From NCBI GenBank assembly GCA_044450345.1, contig JBIOIY010000003.1:122646-186645 (forward strand): a stretch of DNA of 64,000 nucleotides, given 5' to 3'. The DNA is from Thermodesulfovibrionales bacterium. Lineage in GTDB: Bacteria; Nitrospirota; Thermodesulfovibrionia; Thermodesulfovibrionales; UBA6898. Below the pieces are notes generated by a model. It made no database searches. It worked only from the letters and a program-made list of their open reading frames with translations, and was not told where the DNA came from. This document shows positions 1 to 8,077 of the stretch, one piece after another (positions within the stretch are counted from its first letter, which is position 1; every line of letters starts with the position of its first letter). The position numbers and the translations under genes were made by a program.

Positions 1-735
1 GATGCATCGCTGGGGGTGAAAGCCTTGACGAACATCCTTAAGGCCCATGGGCGGGCCTATGATGTAATCCATTCACATATTCCGGATGCGATGGTGAGCA
101 TAGCGCACAATATGGCATCATTTGCCCCATGGAGCAAATGGAACCCCCTTGACAGACTCCTCGTAAAGATCGCGAAACACTTTTACAACCATTCCCTTCT
201 GGATGCTTTTCTGAGCGGCTCCCTAAGTATCAAATTCCCATTCAGGAAGGCGATCGAAATCGCAGTCCCTATCAAGGGTAAGCTGGACTTTTTCGGCGTC
301 AACTACTACACAAGGATGCATCTTCGCTTCAATCCATTAAAAAAAATGGGGATTGAGATGAGACACAGGGACATCGACGGGCACGGACTTACCGACATGG
401 GATGGGAAATCCACCCTCGAGGGCTCGAAAAGGTCCTGCGCAACGCGTCGAAACTAAACGTTCCCCTGATAATTACGGAAAACGGCATTGCCACCCGCGA
501 CAGTCAGAAGAAGATACGGTTTATGCAGCGGCACATTGATGTTCTGGAGAAGTGCAGACGGGAAGGGAGGGACATCAGAGGATATTTTTACTGGACCCTG
601 ATCGACAACTACGAATGGCTCCAAGGGCTTGATTCGCGGTTTGGGCTGTATACCGTTGACTTTCAGACCCTGGAACGCAGACCGACGAACGCAGCTGCAT
701 ACTATTCATATCTTATTAAGAGCAGAAAGCTCTGA
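1..735 (+). CDS. Glycoside hydrolase family 1, C-terminal part (starts before the window)
   Basis: GVNYY, ITENG nucleophile motif, YFYWTLIDNYEW and RFGLY; the frame is open from the window edge. Confidence 0.9.
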   Translation, partial: DASLGVKALTNILKAHGRAYDVIHSHIPDAMVSIAHNMASFAPWSKWNPLDRLLVKIAKHFYNHSLLDAFLSGSLSIKFPFRKAIEIAVPIKGKLDFFGVNYYTRMHLRFNPLKKMGIEMRHRDIDGHGLTDMGWEIHPRGLEKVLRNASKLNVPLIITENGIATRDSQKKIRFMQRHIDVLEKCRREGRDIRGYFYWTLIDNYEWLQGLDSRFGLYTVDFQTLERRPTNAAAYYSYLIKSRKL

Positions 736-764
736 TCTGCTGCTTTTTCTTCCTCACCCGTAAT

Positions 765-819
765 CTTAACAAGAATGTAATCCTTCCTTAATGATGCCGT
801 AACGATCATATCGTAAGCT
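765..819 (+). promoter_or_regulatory. Pho-box-like promoter: four repeats at 11-bp period plus -10 TAAGCT
   Basis: TAA cores at 767, 778, 789, 800; -10 at 814-819. Confidence 0.7.
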
Positions 820-857
820 AACAACAGTATGGTAAACAAATTGAGAATTAGGCCGTA

Positions 858-1550
858 ATGCTGCTGTGTGATTTCCATATCCACACTACCTATTCAGACG
901 GCTCGGTGGAGCTGAGAAGGACAATCGATTTATTCGGACAGGCAGGCTTCGATGTCATTGCAATAACAGACCATGTGGTGAATGGTGATAATCCACTGGG
1001 CAAACTTGCACATCGTTTTAAGTATTCTGTAACAGCCGCTAACTTTGGCAAATATATCTCCCACATAAAAGAAGAAGCGGAAAGGGCCCAGGACAAATAT
1101 GACATGCTCGTCATCCCCGGAATTGAAATAACCAAAAACCATCTCAGCCCGGACAACTCAGCCCACATGCTGATCATCGATATCCAGGACTTTATCCCCG
1201 CCTGCATGGGGTATGAAGAGATATTCCTGGCGGCGAAGAAACAGAAAGCCCTGACGATAGCTTGCCACCCGCATTATATGTCGGCGAAGAGCGACCGGGA
1301 CACGCTTTTTCTCTGGAACAACAGGGAAAAATATGCACGCTACATCGATGCCTGGGAGATCGCTAACAGAGATGACGTCTTCAATGTTATTAGCCTGAAA
1401 AAGTATCCTTATATCGCAAACAGCGACTTCCATAAGCCCAGACATCTTTACTCCTGGAAGACGCTTCTGAATTGCGCGAAGGGCATAGACTCCATAAAGC
1501 AGTGCATCAGACATAACAAGGGTGTTGCATTGACGCTCTTCAGAAATTAG
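858..1550 (+). CDS. PHP-domain phosphoesterase
   Basis: DFHIHTTYSDG, AITDH, CHPH and NSDFH motifs. Confidence 0.85.
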   Translation: MLLCDFHIHTTYSDGSVELRRTIDLFGQAGFDVIAITDHVVNGDNPLGKLAHRFKYSVTAANFGKYISHIKEEAERAQDKYDMLVIPGIEITKNHLSPDNSAHMLIIDIQDFIPACMGYEEIFLAAKKQKALTIACHPHYMSAKSDRDTLFLWNNREKYARYIDAWEIANRDDVFNVISLKKYPYIANSDFHKPRHLYSWKTLLNCAKGIDSIKQCIRHNKGVALTLFRN

Positions 1551-1559
1551 GAGGTGAAC

Positions 1560-2768
1560 ATGATTTTATTCTGGATCTTTGCAGGCATTACCTGCTTTGG
1601 GATGATCGGATATCTGCTTCAAATTGTCGCGGTCCGGTCATATACGGCTCCCCCCAACTCAGGGGAAAGCATGCGCTTTCCCCGATCTTTTTCTCCTGTC
1701 TCAATCCTTAAACCGCTCAAAGGTCTTGATGACGGCCTGTTCGACAACCTCGAAAGCTTCTGCAATCTTGATTATCCTCACTATGAGATCATCTTTGCAC
1801 TGCAGAACCAGAATGACCCGGCCCATAAAGTGGTAAGGAAGATAAAGGAGAAATACCCTTTAAAAGACATAACCATTGTCGTCGAACATTGCGATGAGGG
1901 GCTGAACCCCAAAGTAAACAATCTTATCCCGGCGTACAAAAGGGCCAAATATGACCTTATATTGATCAGCGACAGTAATGTCCGCGTGGGAAAAGACTAT
2001 CTGGCGGATATTTCTCAGCACATGGATGACCCGTCTGTGGGGCTTGTCAGCAATATGATCAGGGGCGTAAGCGGTCGGTCCCTTGGCGCCGTTATGGAAA
2101 ATCTCCACCTGAACTCCTTTATAGTGGGAAGCGTCTGCTTCCTCGACAAATATCTCAAGATGCCTTGTGTCGTGGGCAAGTCAATGCTGATGAGGAAGAC
2201 CGACCTCGAAGCTATAGGGGGTTTCTCGTCCGTAAAGGACTTTCTTGCGGAGGACTACATCATCGGCGAAAGAATTCACGCGCTCGGCAAAAGGGTCGTC
2301 CTTTCCTGTCATCTTATCAATAATGTCAATGAATACTGGGGCGTAAAGAGGTTTTTAAACCGTCATACAAGATGGGGAAAGCTGAGATGGCACATCGGAG
2401 GCGCAAAGTATTTCTCTGAATTGGCCGGCAATGCCGTGTTCATGTCCTTTATGCCGGTGGTCATAATGCCGATGTCCAAAGTGTCTTTATTGTTGGCTGC
2501 GGCCGTCAGTTCCCTGAAAATAGTTCATGATTTCTACATCGGCAAAAAACTTCGTGCTGATATGAATCCCCTTCTCTATTTGTTGTCCCCTGTCAAGGAC
2601 CTTATTATCGGATTCGTATGGTTTGTGCCGATCCTGAGCAACACCGTGGCCTGGAGAGGCAACAGATATATCATCGGCAAGGACTCGGTGCTCTCACGCT
2701 ATCCCGATGACAGTTTCTGGTCGTGGCGGTACAGGATCATGGACGTAATAAAAACAAGGATTGCATAG
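1560..2768 (+). CDS. Ceramide glucosyltransferase-like (GT21/HpnI-like) membrane glycosyltransferase
   Basis: N-terminal TM helix, SILKPLKG, NPKVNNL, ISDSN, LAEDY, RHTRW and C-terminal WRG. Confidence 0.85.
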   Translation: MILFWIFAGITCFGMIGYLLQIVAVRSYTAPPNSGESMRFPRSFSPVSILKPLKGLDDGLFDNLESFCNLDYPHYEIIFALQNQNDPAHKVVRKIKEKYPLKDITIVVEHCDEGLNPKVNNLIPAYKRAKYDLILISDSNVRVGKDYLADISQHMDDPSVGLVSNMIRGVSGRSLGAVMENLHLNSFIVGSVCFLDKYLKMPCVVGKSMLMRKTDLEAIGGFSSVKDFLAEDYIIGERIHALGKRVVLSCHLINNVNEYWGVKRFLNRHTRWGKLRWHIGGAKYFSELAGNAVFMSFMPVVIMPMSKVSLLLAAAVSSLKIVHDFYIGKKLRADMNPLLYLLSPVKDLIIGFVWFVPILSNTVAWRGNRYIIGKDSVLSRYPDDSFWSWRYRIMDVIKTRIA

Positions 2769-2792
2769 CGCATGCATGATAAGGAGGTGCCA

Positions 2793-3002
2793 GTGCATTG
2801 CTCGCTCAATCAAATCCCGACTGACAATCGGTTGCACGCGGACCATTCCTGCTGCCCTTACAATGGTGCAGCCACCGGCATATGTTCCGCATCCCTTTCT
2901 ACAATGATGATTGTTCCAAGCATGAGGGAAGGATATTGCGAAAATGAGAATTACGATAATTGCCCTATTTTCTTATCCAAAATCCTGAGAAAAAAGACAT
3001 AA
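2793..3002 (+). CDS. Small four-Cys protein
   Basis: SD AAGGAGGT before GTG 2793 (alternative ATG 2772); CP..C..YC..CPIF pattern. Confidence 0.6.
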   Translation: MHCSLNQIPTDNRLHADHSCCPYNGAATGICSASLSTMMIVPSMREGYCENENYDNCPIFLSKILRKKT

Positions 3003-3029
3003 TCCGTGTCTTCTTATATGGAGGTGTGC

Positions 3030-3401
3030 GTGACGCAACAGAAAAAGATACTTATCATCGATGACGACATCCGATATCTTGTTGATGCGAAACGCTGTTT
3101 GCAGTCTCGTGGCTATGCGGTGAGTATCCATGAGTATTCAGCCGGCTCGCCTGTCATGATCAGAAATATGAAGCCGGATGTTGTGTTACTCAATATCAGA
3201 ATGGGTGACCTGTCCGAGGAGAAACTATCATACCTCCTCGGTGCAAACCGGCATGCACGGGGAGTTCCCGTGGTATTCTATTCCTCCCATGACGAGGAAG
3301 GCCTCAGGAATGCCGCCGTCCGCCACGAGGCCGAGGGATATATCCGCAAAGGCGACGTCTCCCTGCTTTGCGATGAGATAGGTGTTTTTTGTCCCCATTG
3401 A
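3030..3401 (+). CDS. Single-domain response-regulator receiver, atypical
   Basis: KILIIDDD...PDVVLLNIRM...PVVFYSS...YIRKG; Asn at the phospho-Asp position. Confidence 0.8.
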   Translation: MTQQKKILIIDDDIRYLVDAKRCLQSRGYAVSIHEYSAGSPVMIRNMKPDVVLLNIRMGDLSEEKLSYLLGANRHARGVPVVFYSSHDEEGLRNAAVRHEAEGYIRKGDVSLLCDEIGVFCPH

Positions 3402-3436
3402 ATCGAGAAACAAGATTTACTTGAGGAGATCAAAAG

Positions 3437-4006
3437 GTGGAGAAGAGAAGCATGGATAAAATCGCAATCATTGATATAGACAATACTTTGTGGCAGTTCA
3501 GCGATGCCTTCTTTGAAGAACTGAGAAAGATAAACAAGGACTTCCCGACACCGGAAAACTGGACACATTGGTGGAGTATATGGCAGGGATATTGTACTGA
3601 GCAGGATTTTTATGGGGCGATAAATGCTATTCACATGAAGCAAGACAGCGACAATTATCAGCCCTATCCTGAAGCCAAAAGCTTCCTTTCGGGGATGAAA
3701 CAAAGTGGCTATCATATCACCATAGCGAGTCACCGTTCCCCTGAGTTTATGGACCAGACTGAGAGATGGCTGAAAAAGCACGGATTGCTGCATGACGATA
3801 TCTACCTGTCCCACCATAAGACCGAGTTATTCAATACAGAGACAAATGTGGTGGTGGACGATGCACCAGAGGTATTGGAGAGGGCAGTTGAGAATGGAGC
3901 GTTAGCAACGGGATTATTATTTCCCTGGAATCGTGCCTTTCGTAATAATGGGTTCAGGCTTTGCAGTAACCTTGATGAGATATTGGATGGTATCCTGAAG
4001 CAGTGA
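3437..4006 (+). CDS. HAD-family phosphatase, 5'(3')-nucleotidase-like
   Basis: IIDIDNTL motif I, IASHR, K, VVDD and FPWN. Confidence 0.75.
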   Translation: MEKRSMDKIAIIDIDNTLWQFSDAFFEELRKINKDFPTPENWTHWWSIWQGYCTEQDFYGAINAIHMKQDSDNYQPYPEAKSFLSGMKQSGYHITIASHRSPEFMDQTERWLKKHGLLHDDIYLSHHKTELFNTETNVVVDDAPEVLERAVENGALATGLLFPWNRAFRNNGFRLCSNLDEILDGILKQ

Positions 4007-4328
4007 GTATATCTATCCCGGAAAAAACCGGTGTTCAACAAGGATGGTGATTTAATCTGGTATACGGAGGCAGCTACCTTTTGTTGAAACGTATAGAAAG
4101 ATTGATCGCTATTATAATTGATCTGTTAAAAAGCCTTGCATTGCTTGAGTATTCGGTTGATATCCTTGAATCGGTCGAAAAAACCCACGGGGGCGGAATT
4201 AATTCTTCTGATTAATGTTTGCAGTACGTGCACGAGAGACGCAAAATCATTTCTCCAACAGGAAAGCATGATATATCAAGTCGTCTTTCAATTTAATGAC
4301 CCGTGCATCCTTGGTTTTAAAGCAGGTG

Positions 4329-4892
4329 TTATATTTTGACCAGATCGAGTGTCACCTTGATAGCCGCTCCGATCAGTGCGGCTTCTTCTTTGCTCATCTC
4401 GCCCAGGCTACCGCGTCTTTCTGTCATTCTCCGGAAACGCGTGAAGTCCGTCGGTAGTGCTTCGGTGTCTATCAAATACGCGATCCCCTGAATAATCTCG
4501 CCTATTCTTTCCGGAGATTTTGCTTCTCCTTCCAGTTTGGCGAAATACTGAACCTTGATTTTCGCCCTGGTGACGTCATAGTCCACGTCCTTCACGCGAT
4601 GAAGCGCCAGAATTGCGTAATCGCCTAGGGCTTGCCAGAATAGTTCGTCATATTCTTGCCACTTTGGCAGCGAGAAGCGCAGTAACGCGGGCCTTTTTCT
4701 TCCTATCTGCGGGATGCATTTTTCAAGCGCGACAACTAAATCCCCAACCTTGTTCTTGTCTATCTGATCAAGCATCTCATATAGCTTGCGCCGCTGATGT
4801 CTCCGAAGGAGCTTCTCGATCTGCTCCAATACGTTCCCCTGTCCAGGGTGCGTGCCTAATTTATCGAGAACATTGTTCGTTGATTTATCCAT
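4329..4892 (-). CDS. Hypothetical protein
   Basis: Long ORF with GGAAGGA SD before MDKST; no family recognised. Confidence 0.55.
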   Translation of the reverse strand: MDKSTNNVLDKLGTHPGQGNVLEQIEKLLRRHQRRKLYEMLDQIDKNKVGDLVVALEKCIPQIGRKRPALLRFSLPKWQEYDELFWQALGDYAILALHRVKDVDYDVTRAKIKVQYFAKLEGEAKSPERIGEIIQGIAYLIDTEALPTDFTRFRRMTERRGSLGEMSKEEAALIGAAIKVTLDLVKI

Positions 4893-5100
4893 GACATTCC
4901 TTCCCGGGACGCTGTCTTTTCTAGATGATACTTGACACATCGGGATGAGTCAAGCGGTGAATGGTTTGGGTAGAGAGACTCACCTTTGTCCGCCCGGCAG
5001 GGCTCAAACCGGAACAGGTGGCCCGGCTAAATCGGAATCAATAGTCTGAATACTCCGAAAAATGCTTTTCCCCTTGATGTAATAAGAAACATTTATACAT

Positions 5101-5155
5101 GTAACAGAAAATTAACACTCCTTTAATAATCCATTAACAGACCGTTTGCTATGCT
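5101..5155 (+). promoter_or_regulatory. Pho-box-like promoter: four repeats at 11-bp period plus -10 TATGCT
   Basis: TAA cores at 5102, 5113, 5124, 5135 (extra one at 5080); -10 at 5150-5155. Confidence 0.75.
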
Positions 5156-5174
5156 ACTGACCAGGGAGGCAACT

Positions 5175-5363
5175 ATGAATATACAATACATTATCTGTCC
5201 CCATCTTAAAGGCAGTTATGACGGAGCGGTCTGCAGCAGCGTCAGCAAGTTGATCAAGAACATAGAAGACGTCACCATTAAATTGTGTATGGGCAGGCAT
5301 TACGAGGTATGCTCGATATATCGGGAGTCTCTGCTCCCTCAGGAGCCTGTCAGTGCCATTTAA
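5175..5363 (+). CDS. Small four-Cys protein
   Basis: SD GGGAGG; CPHL..C..LC..CSIY. Confidence 0.65.
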   Translation: MNIQYIICPHLKGSYDGAVCSSVSKLIKNIEDVTIKLCMGRHYEVCSIYRESLLPQEPVSAI

Positions 5364-5567
5364 GATATGACGCGGACAAGGAAGTCAGTTAGGCCTCTTT
5401 GGCATTTCACGGATTGCCGATGTGTCGATCTTACTCGCCGTCGCCTTGCAAAATTCAGTTCGGACCAGCCGGAAAAATTTCATATTCCCTTAACTTAAAT
5501 GACATCATGCCGTAAAAACCAAAATGATATCCTTAAACTGGATTGTATTTGGAAGAAGGAAACTCGA

Positions 5568-5861
5568 ATGATCACCTATATCATCAAACATCATGTCCCG
5601 GGGCAGATAAGGCTGGATGTTCCTGTATTGAGAAAAATTGCCGAGTATCGGCTAAAAAAGATATCGAAGGCCGTGACAAGGCTTCCCGTCTTTACGGGAA
5701 TAAGAGACCTTACGGTAAATCCAGGGAACGGCAGCGTAGCTATTGAATATGACACCGAAGTTGTCGATATCATAGATTATCTGGAAGACATGGCAGTTAT
5801 TGTCGAAACGCTGGATTGTCTGGAAGGACAAACGCTGGATTGTCCGGAAGGACACCGATGA
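5568..5861 (+). CDS. HMA2-like domain protein
   Basis: HHVPGQIRL...VNPGNGSVAIEYD; 24-bp tandem duplication at 5806-5853. Confidence 0.7.
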   Translation: MITYIIKHHVPGQIRLDVPVLRKIAEYRLKKISKAVTRLPVFTGIRDLTVNPGNGSVAIEYDTEVVDIIDYLEDMAVIVETLDCLEGQTLDCPEGHR

Positions 5862-5872
5862 AGGAGAAAGAT

Positions 5873-6034
5873 ATGGCTTGTATTGATTATCTGGAGACAG
5901 AGGCAAGGTGTTCGAGAGGGATCCCGGTCGCGCATCTTTTCAGGCGTTTCTTCTGTGAGTCAAAGCCTGAAAAATGCCCGATTGTCTTGTGGGAAGTATC
6001 TTCTCGGGCGATAGATAACACTAAATCATCCTAA
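5873..6034 (+). CDS. Small four-Cys protein
   Basis: SD AAGGAG; MAC..C..FC..CPIV. Confidence 0.55.
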   Translation: MACIDYLETEARCSRGIPVAHLFRRFFCESKPEKCPIVLWEVSSRAIDNTKSS

Positions 6035-6044
6035 GGAGGAAGCC

Positions 6045-6224
6045 ATGCAGTGCCCGAATCTTTTGAAATGGGTAATATCATCATGCAAAGCCGTGGAGAG
6101 ACCCTATGTCCCGAGCCTTTTTGAGCTGGAGGAGTATTGTAGCACCGGAGATCACAGGAAGTGTCCTTTTTACATGAGAGACATCGTCAGGCCCAATACT
6201 GTGAGGGATAAAGTGTCCGCATAA
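6045..6224 (+). CDS. Small four-Cys protein, 59 aa (absent from the ORF track)
   Basis: SD AAGGAGG; MQCPNLLKWVISSCKAVERPYVPSLFELEEYCSTGDHRKCPFY... Confidence 0.7.
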   Translation: MQCPNLLKWVISSCKAVERPYVPSLFELEEYCSTGDHRKCPFYMRDIVRPNTVRDKVSA

Positions 6225-6484
6225 CATCTCAAGACTTAGTCTGATAATCCCACTTCTATGGAGAAAAAGGCAGCGTTAAAGAGGGCTCGCGTGGGTCTCA
6301 GGTGTACGCGGTAACCCCTTCATGCATCGCTGACCACTACCATTAAATAGTATCCCCGGCATGAATAAAGTGCCACGGTTTTGCGGCAGAGCTTAATAGG
6401 TAAGTAATGAAAGAAGTGTTAGACAATGTGCCGTTTCAGGCGATAGACTGAACTATATATTAAGGATTCAAGGAGAGTATTCGT

Positions 6485-6778
6485 ATGGGATTGCTTGATG
6501 ATGTATTTAAAGGCGGCAATGTTATAACGGGCTTGGCTATCGGCATCGGAGCAGCGGTGCTTGGACCGGTTGTATTGCCTATATTGGCCGGGGCTGCGAA
6601 ACCTTTGGCAAAGGCCGCGATAAAGGGCGGCCTTGCGCTGTGTGCAAAAGGAAAGGAGTCAGCTGCCGAGTTCGGCGAGGTCTTTGAAGATATTGTTGCA
6701 GAAGCGAAAGCGGAACTCGCGGAAGAGCACGAAAAGGCAATTCCTGTTCCGCCTACCGAAGCGGAACAAAGTGTCTAA
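6485..6778 (+). CDS. DUF5132-like small membrane protein (GxxxG helix plus amphipathic tail)
   Basis: TGLAIGIGAAVLGP...KPLAKAAIKGG...EDIVAEAKAEL. Confidence 0.75.
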   Translation: MGLLDDVFKGGNVITGLAIGIGAAVLGPVVLPILAGAAKPLAKAAIKGGLALCAKGKESAAEFGEVFEDIVAEAKAELAEEHEKAIPVPPTEAEQSV

Positions 6779-7256
6779 TATCCCGGAAGCATTTATAGGC
6801 CATAAGATGACGGGCAGGTTGAGACTAAGGGTCCCGTCGAGAAGAGGAGATGGCGCATATCTGGGAAAAATCACTGAGGAATTCTCATCTCTCCCGGGCA
6901 TTGCGCAGGTAATCGTGAACACCGAAACATCGAGCGTTCTCTTCCTGCATAATCTTTCAGAAGACGCAATTATGGGACATCTCAGTGCAAGCGGTCTGTT
7001 CAGAATTTCGGGGGCTCCCACAGGTCAAGGAGACGTGCATAGCGGAGTCAAAGGATGTTTTCGGGAGATGTCCCGCAAAGTCGAGAAGGCGACGGGAGGA
7101 ACGATGGGTATCAGTGAAGTTGCCTTCCTTGCGCTGTTCGGCGCCGGGGTCATGCAGATAGGTCGGGGGAATTTTACTGCGATCCCCTGGTACACGGCAT
7201 TTTGGTATGCGCTTAATATCTTTCTGAAATCAGACGCACAGAAGGCCGGGGAATAG
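6771..7256 (+). CDS. HMA2-like domain protein with C-terminal membrane segment
   Basis: H..TGRLRLRV...VNTETSSVLFLH; tail GVMQIGRGNFTAIPWYTAFWYA; GTG start overlaps the previous stop. Confidence 0.7.
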   Translation: MSNIPEAFIGHKMTGRLRLRVPSRRGDGAYLGKITEEFSSLPGIAQVIVNTETSSVLFLHNLSEDAIMGHLSASGLFRISGAPTGQGDVHSGVKGCFREMSRKVEKATGGTMGISEVAFLALFGAGVMQIGRGNFTAIPWYTAFWYALNIFLKSDAQKAGE

Positions 7257-7384
7257 CTGTACTCATCCTGTCTGAAGGTGAAGGCGCAATAAACCCGGAG
7301 AGTTCTATTTTTTCATCAGCCTTTTGAAAAAGATGAATGGCTCAGTCAAAAAGTAACTTTTCTCAACAGAGAAGGAGGTCAGTT

Positions 7385-8065
7385 ATGTCTCAGGAAAAAG
7401 TCATGCGCGGCACTCGTTACGCAGAAGAGGTAAGCGAGGCCGGGACGACCGTAAAAGAGGGCGTAGTCAGCAGCCTTAAAGGTCTCAATGAGATTGAGGC
7501 GGAAATCGTGAGCCTCGTGAGGAACACGGTTTCCAACACTTTGCGTGCAACGGGAGAGGTGGCGATCGAAAGTATCTCCATTTCGAAAGACGTCATCAAG
7601 GGGGCTATCCAGGCCACAGAGGAGGTTGGAACAGGACTTATCCTGAGCACGAAAAGTGTTGCCAAAGGGGTGATCATGGGGGTGAGTGATGTAGGCGGCG
7701 ATGTGGTAGCTGTTGCAGGCCAGACAGTAAAAGGCGCGGTAAAGGGGGCCGCTGAAGTCGGCGCGGATGTCGCCCTTGTTGCAAGGAGAGCGGTCGATGG
7801 CGTCATCGAGGCAACAAAGGAGATAGGGGGGAATGTGGAAGATGTCGCGAAAGTGGCAGTCGGAGGGGCGATTGAGGCTGCAGGGACAATAGGTAATACG
7901 GCGGTGAAGGCTGTTAGGGAGATGCTCGTCGGCGTGGTCGAGGGCGTAAAGGAGATTGCGAGCGCAGCTCTGCCTAAACCGAGGACCTCCACACCGGAGA
8001 CAAAAGCGCCTGCATCAAAACCGGTTGTTGCGGAAAAAGCGGCTGCGACCAGGAAAAAGAAGTAA
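7385..8065 (+). CDS. 22-residue amphipathic-repeat protein (copy 1)
   Basis: SD AAGGAGG; periodic V.G.I.A..E[VI]G units; basic Pro/Ala-rich tail. Confidence 0.8.
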   Translation: MSQEKVMRGTRYAEEVSEAGTTVKEGVVSSLKGLNEIEAEIVSLVRNTVSNTLRATGEVAIESISISKDVIKGAIQATEEVGTGLILSTKSVAKGVIMGVSDVGGDVVAVAGQTVKGAVKGAAEVGADVALVARRAVDGVIEATKEIGGNVEDVAKVAVGGAIEAAGTIGNTAVKAVREMLVGVVEGVKEIASAALPKPRTSTPETKAPASKPVVAEKAAATRKKK

Positions 8066-8077
8066 GAATAATACCCC

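Noticed and set aside
5806..5853. 24-bp tandem duplication as a possible CRISPR or functional repeat
   Set aside because: Only two adjacent units with no spacers; a simple in-frame slippage at a gene end. I saw no CRISPR array in the window.
7417..7992. Long antisense ORFs (also 16216-16572, 29609-30835, 43405-44085, 57115-57933)
   Set aside because: They are shadows of well-supported genes on the opposite strand and carry no motifs
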